Of a stretch of 35,115 nucleotides of DNA, positions 34,304-35,115 are shown piece by piece. Under the pieces are notes generated by a model that was given only the letters and a program-made list of their open reading frames with translations, made no database searches and was not told where the DNA came from. The translations under genes were made by a program, and so were the position numbers. The DNA is from a virus (lineage: Duplodnaviria > Caudoviricetes), in IMG/VR virus record IMGVR_UViG_3300044667_000048, positions 1 through 35,115 of that record. One strand, given 5' to 3'. How positions within the stretch are numbered: the stretch's first letter is position 1; every line of letters starts with the position of its first letter.

Positions 34304-34729
34304 CTAGGGACCGTCGCGCAGCCTTTCGACGGGCACGAGACGGTAGTGCGCCTCGACGTCGTCGGCGTGCTCGACGGAGAACCGGCAGCCGCCACAGACG
34401 GACCGGTCGTGCCAGTAGCCGTGGTTGAGGTGGCCGCAATTGTGGAGCCACGCGAAGTCCAGCCGCTCCCGGTCTGCCTGCTCTTGGACAGCATGAGCAT
34501 GGGCTGGAGTGCTGGGCGGCGGCGCGGTCTGGTGGACAGCCGCAGACTCGGGGAGGCGGCACATCACGCAGTCGTGCCGCGCTGGCTCTGTCGCCCAGTC
34601 GTGGTAGGGATCGTGGTCGTACGGGTGCGGGTGCTGTCGGTTGTGTTCGATCTGCCAGCCGTCAGCGATCAGGCATCCGCACTCATCGCAGACCCATGTT
34701 CCGTCGATGCCGACTCCTGTGTACGGCAT
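34304..34729 (-). CDS. Cys/His-rich hypothetical protein (141 aa)
   Basis: CDEC, CVMC, CGH, CGGC; TGATG overlap with the upstream gene. Confidence 0.65.
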   Translation of the reverse strand: MPYTGVGIDGTWVCDECGCLIADGWQIEHNRQHPHPYDHDPYHDWATEPARHDCVMCRLPESAAVHQTAPPPSTPAHAHAVQEQADRERLDFAWLHNCGHLNHGYWHDRSVCGGCRFSVEHADDVEAHYRLVPVERLRDGP

Positions 34730-35100
34730 CAGTCCCTCACCCACTCAGGGTTGAAGCCGGGACGGTGGCGGCGAGACGAAGCCAGCAAGCGCAGGGTCAG
34801 ACAAGGGGCGTAGCCGCCGCACGTGAAGCAGTAGCGCTGCTGTGGTTTGTGGAGATCTAGCAGCTCCAGCTCCGCCGTGCAGCGGGCGATCGTGCCCGTG
34901 GGGTCGTGGCGCACGATGTGCTCGGCATCGAGCCACTGCAGGTCGTCGGCCACTCCACGCGCGCCGGGGAAGGTGTGCACGTTGCACGTCCTGGTCGGAT
35001 CGACGGCGTTGCCGATGTGCCAGGGGCCCGGTTGCGCCGCCTCGGCTGCTGCCTTGTCGCCCTCTATCGTCGAGCGAAGCCAGGAGAGAAGATCAGACAT
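34729..35100 (-). CDS. DUF6221-family protein (123 aa)
   Basis: DAEHIVRHDP...ARC, PC.TLRLLA....HRPGFNPEW. Confidence 0.85.
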   Translation of the reverse strand: MSDLLSWLRSTIEGDKAAAEAAQPGPWHIGNAVDPTRTCNVHTFPGARGVADDLQWLDAEHIVRHDPTGTIARCTAELELLDLHKPQQRYCFTCGGYAPCLTLRLLASSRRHRPGFNPEWVRD

Positions 35101-35115
35101 CGGCCTGCTCCTGCC

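Larger units (their letters stand above)
16693..35115 (-). mobile_element. Siphovirus-type (pro)phage late region, probable helper
   Basis: Canonical HNH-terS-terL-portal-MuF-scaffold-capsid-neck-tail tube-chaperone-TMP order. Confidence 0.95.

Overview
High-GC actinomycete DNA containing two nested mobile elements and no recognisable host housekeeping genes. Right part (about 16.7-35.1 kb, minus strand): the late region of a siphovirus-type (pro)phage with HNH, a cos-like site, TerS/TerL, portal, MuF-like protein, scaffold, HK97 capsid, head-tail joining genes, tail tube, frameshifted tail chaperones and a 1275-aa tape measure protein (TMP). It stops after the TMP, with no tail-tip or lysis genes. 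Left part (<1 to about 16.7 kb): a PICI-like satellite with a tyrosine integrase, a divergent repressor/AlpA-like pair, prim-pol plus DUF3631-type replication genes, an ori, its own TerS and two cos-like modules, one 40/47 identical to the phage site. The satellite also carries its own longer, mosaic copy of the helper TMP, which the ORF track missed because it runs off the window. The att core is the 3' end of RNase P RNA and has arm-type repeats on both sides (intact attP layout). This suggests a circle of about 16.9 kb joined to the helper through the shared TMP 3' end, either as a real cointegrate or as an assembly chimera. The satellite accessory region holds a 0.9-kb non-coding array of 6-7 different iteron/clt-like repeat modules. 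Family names are assigned from motif recognition, not from searches.
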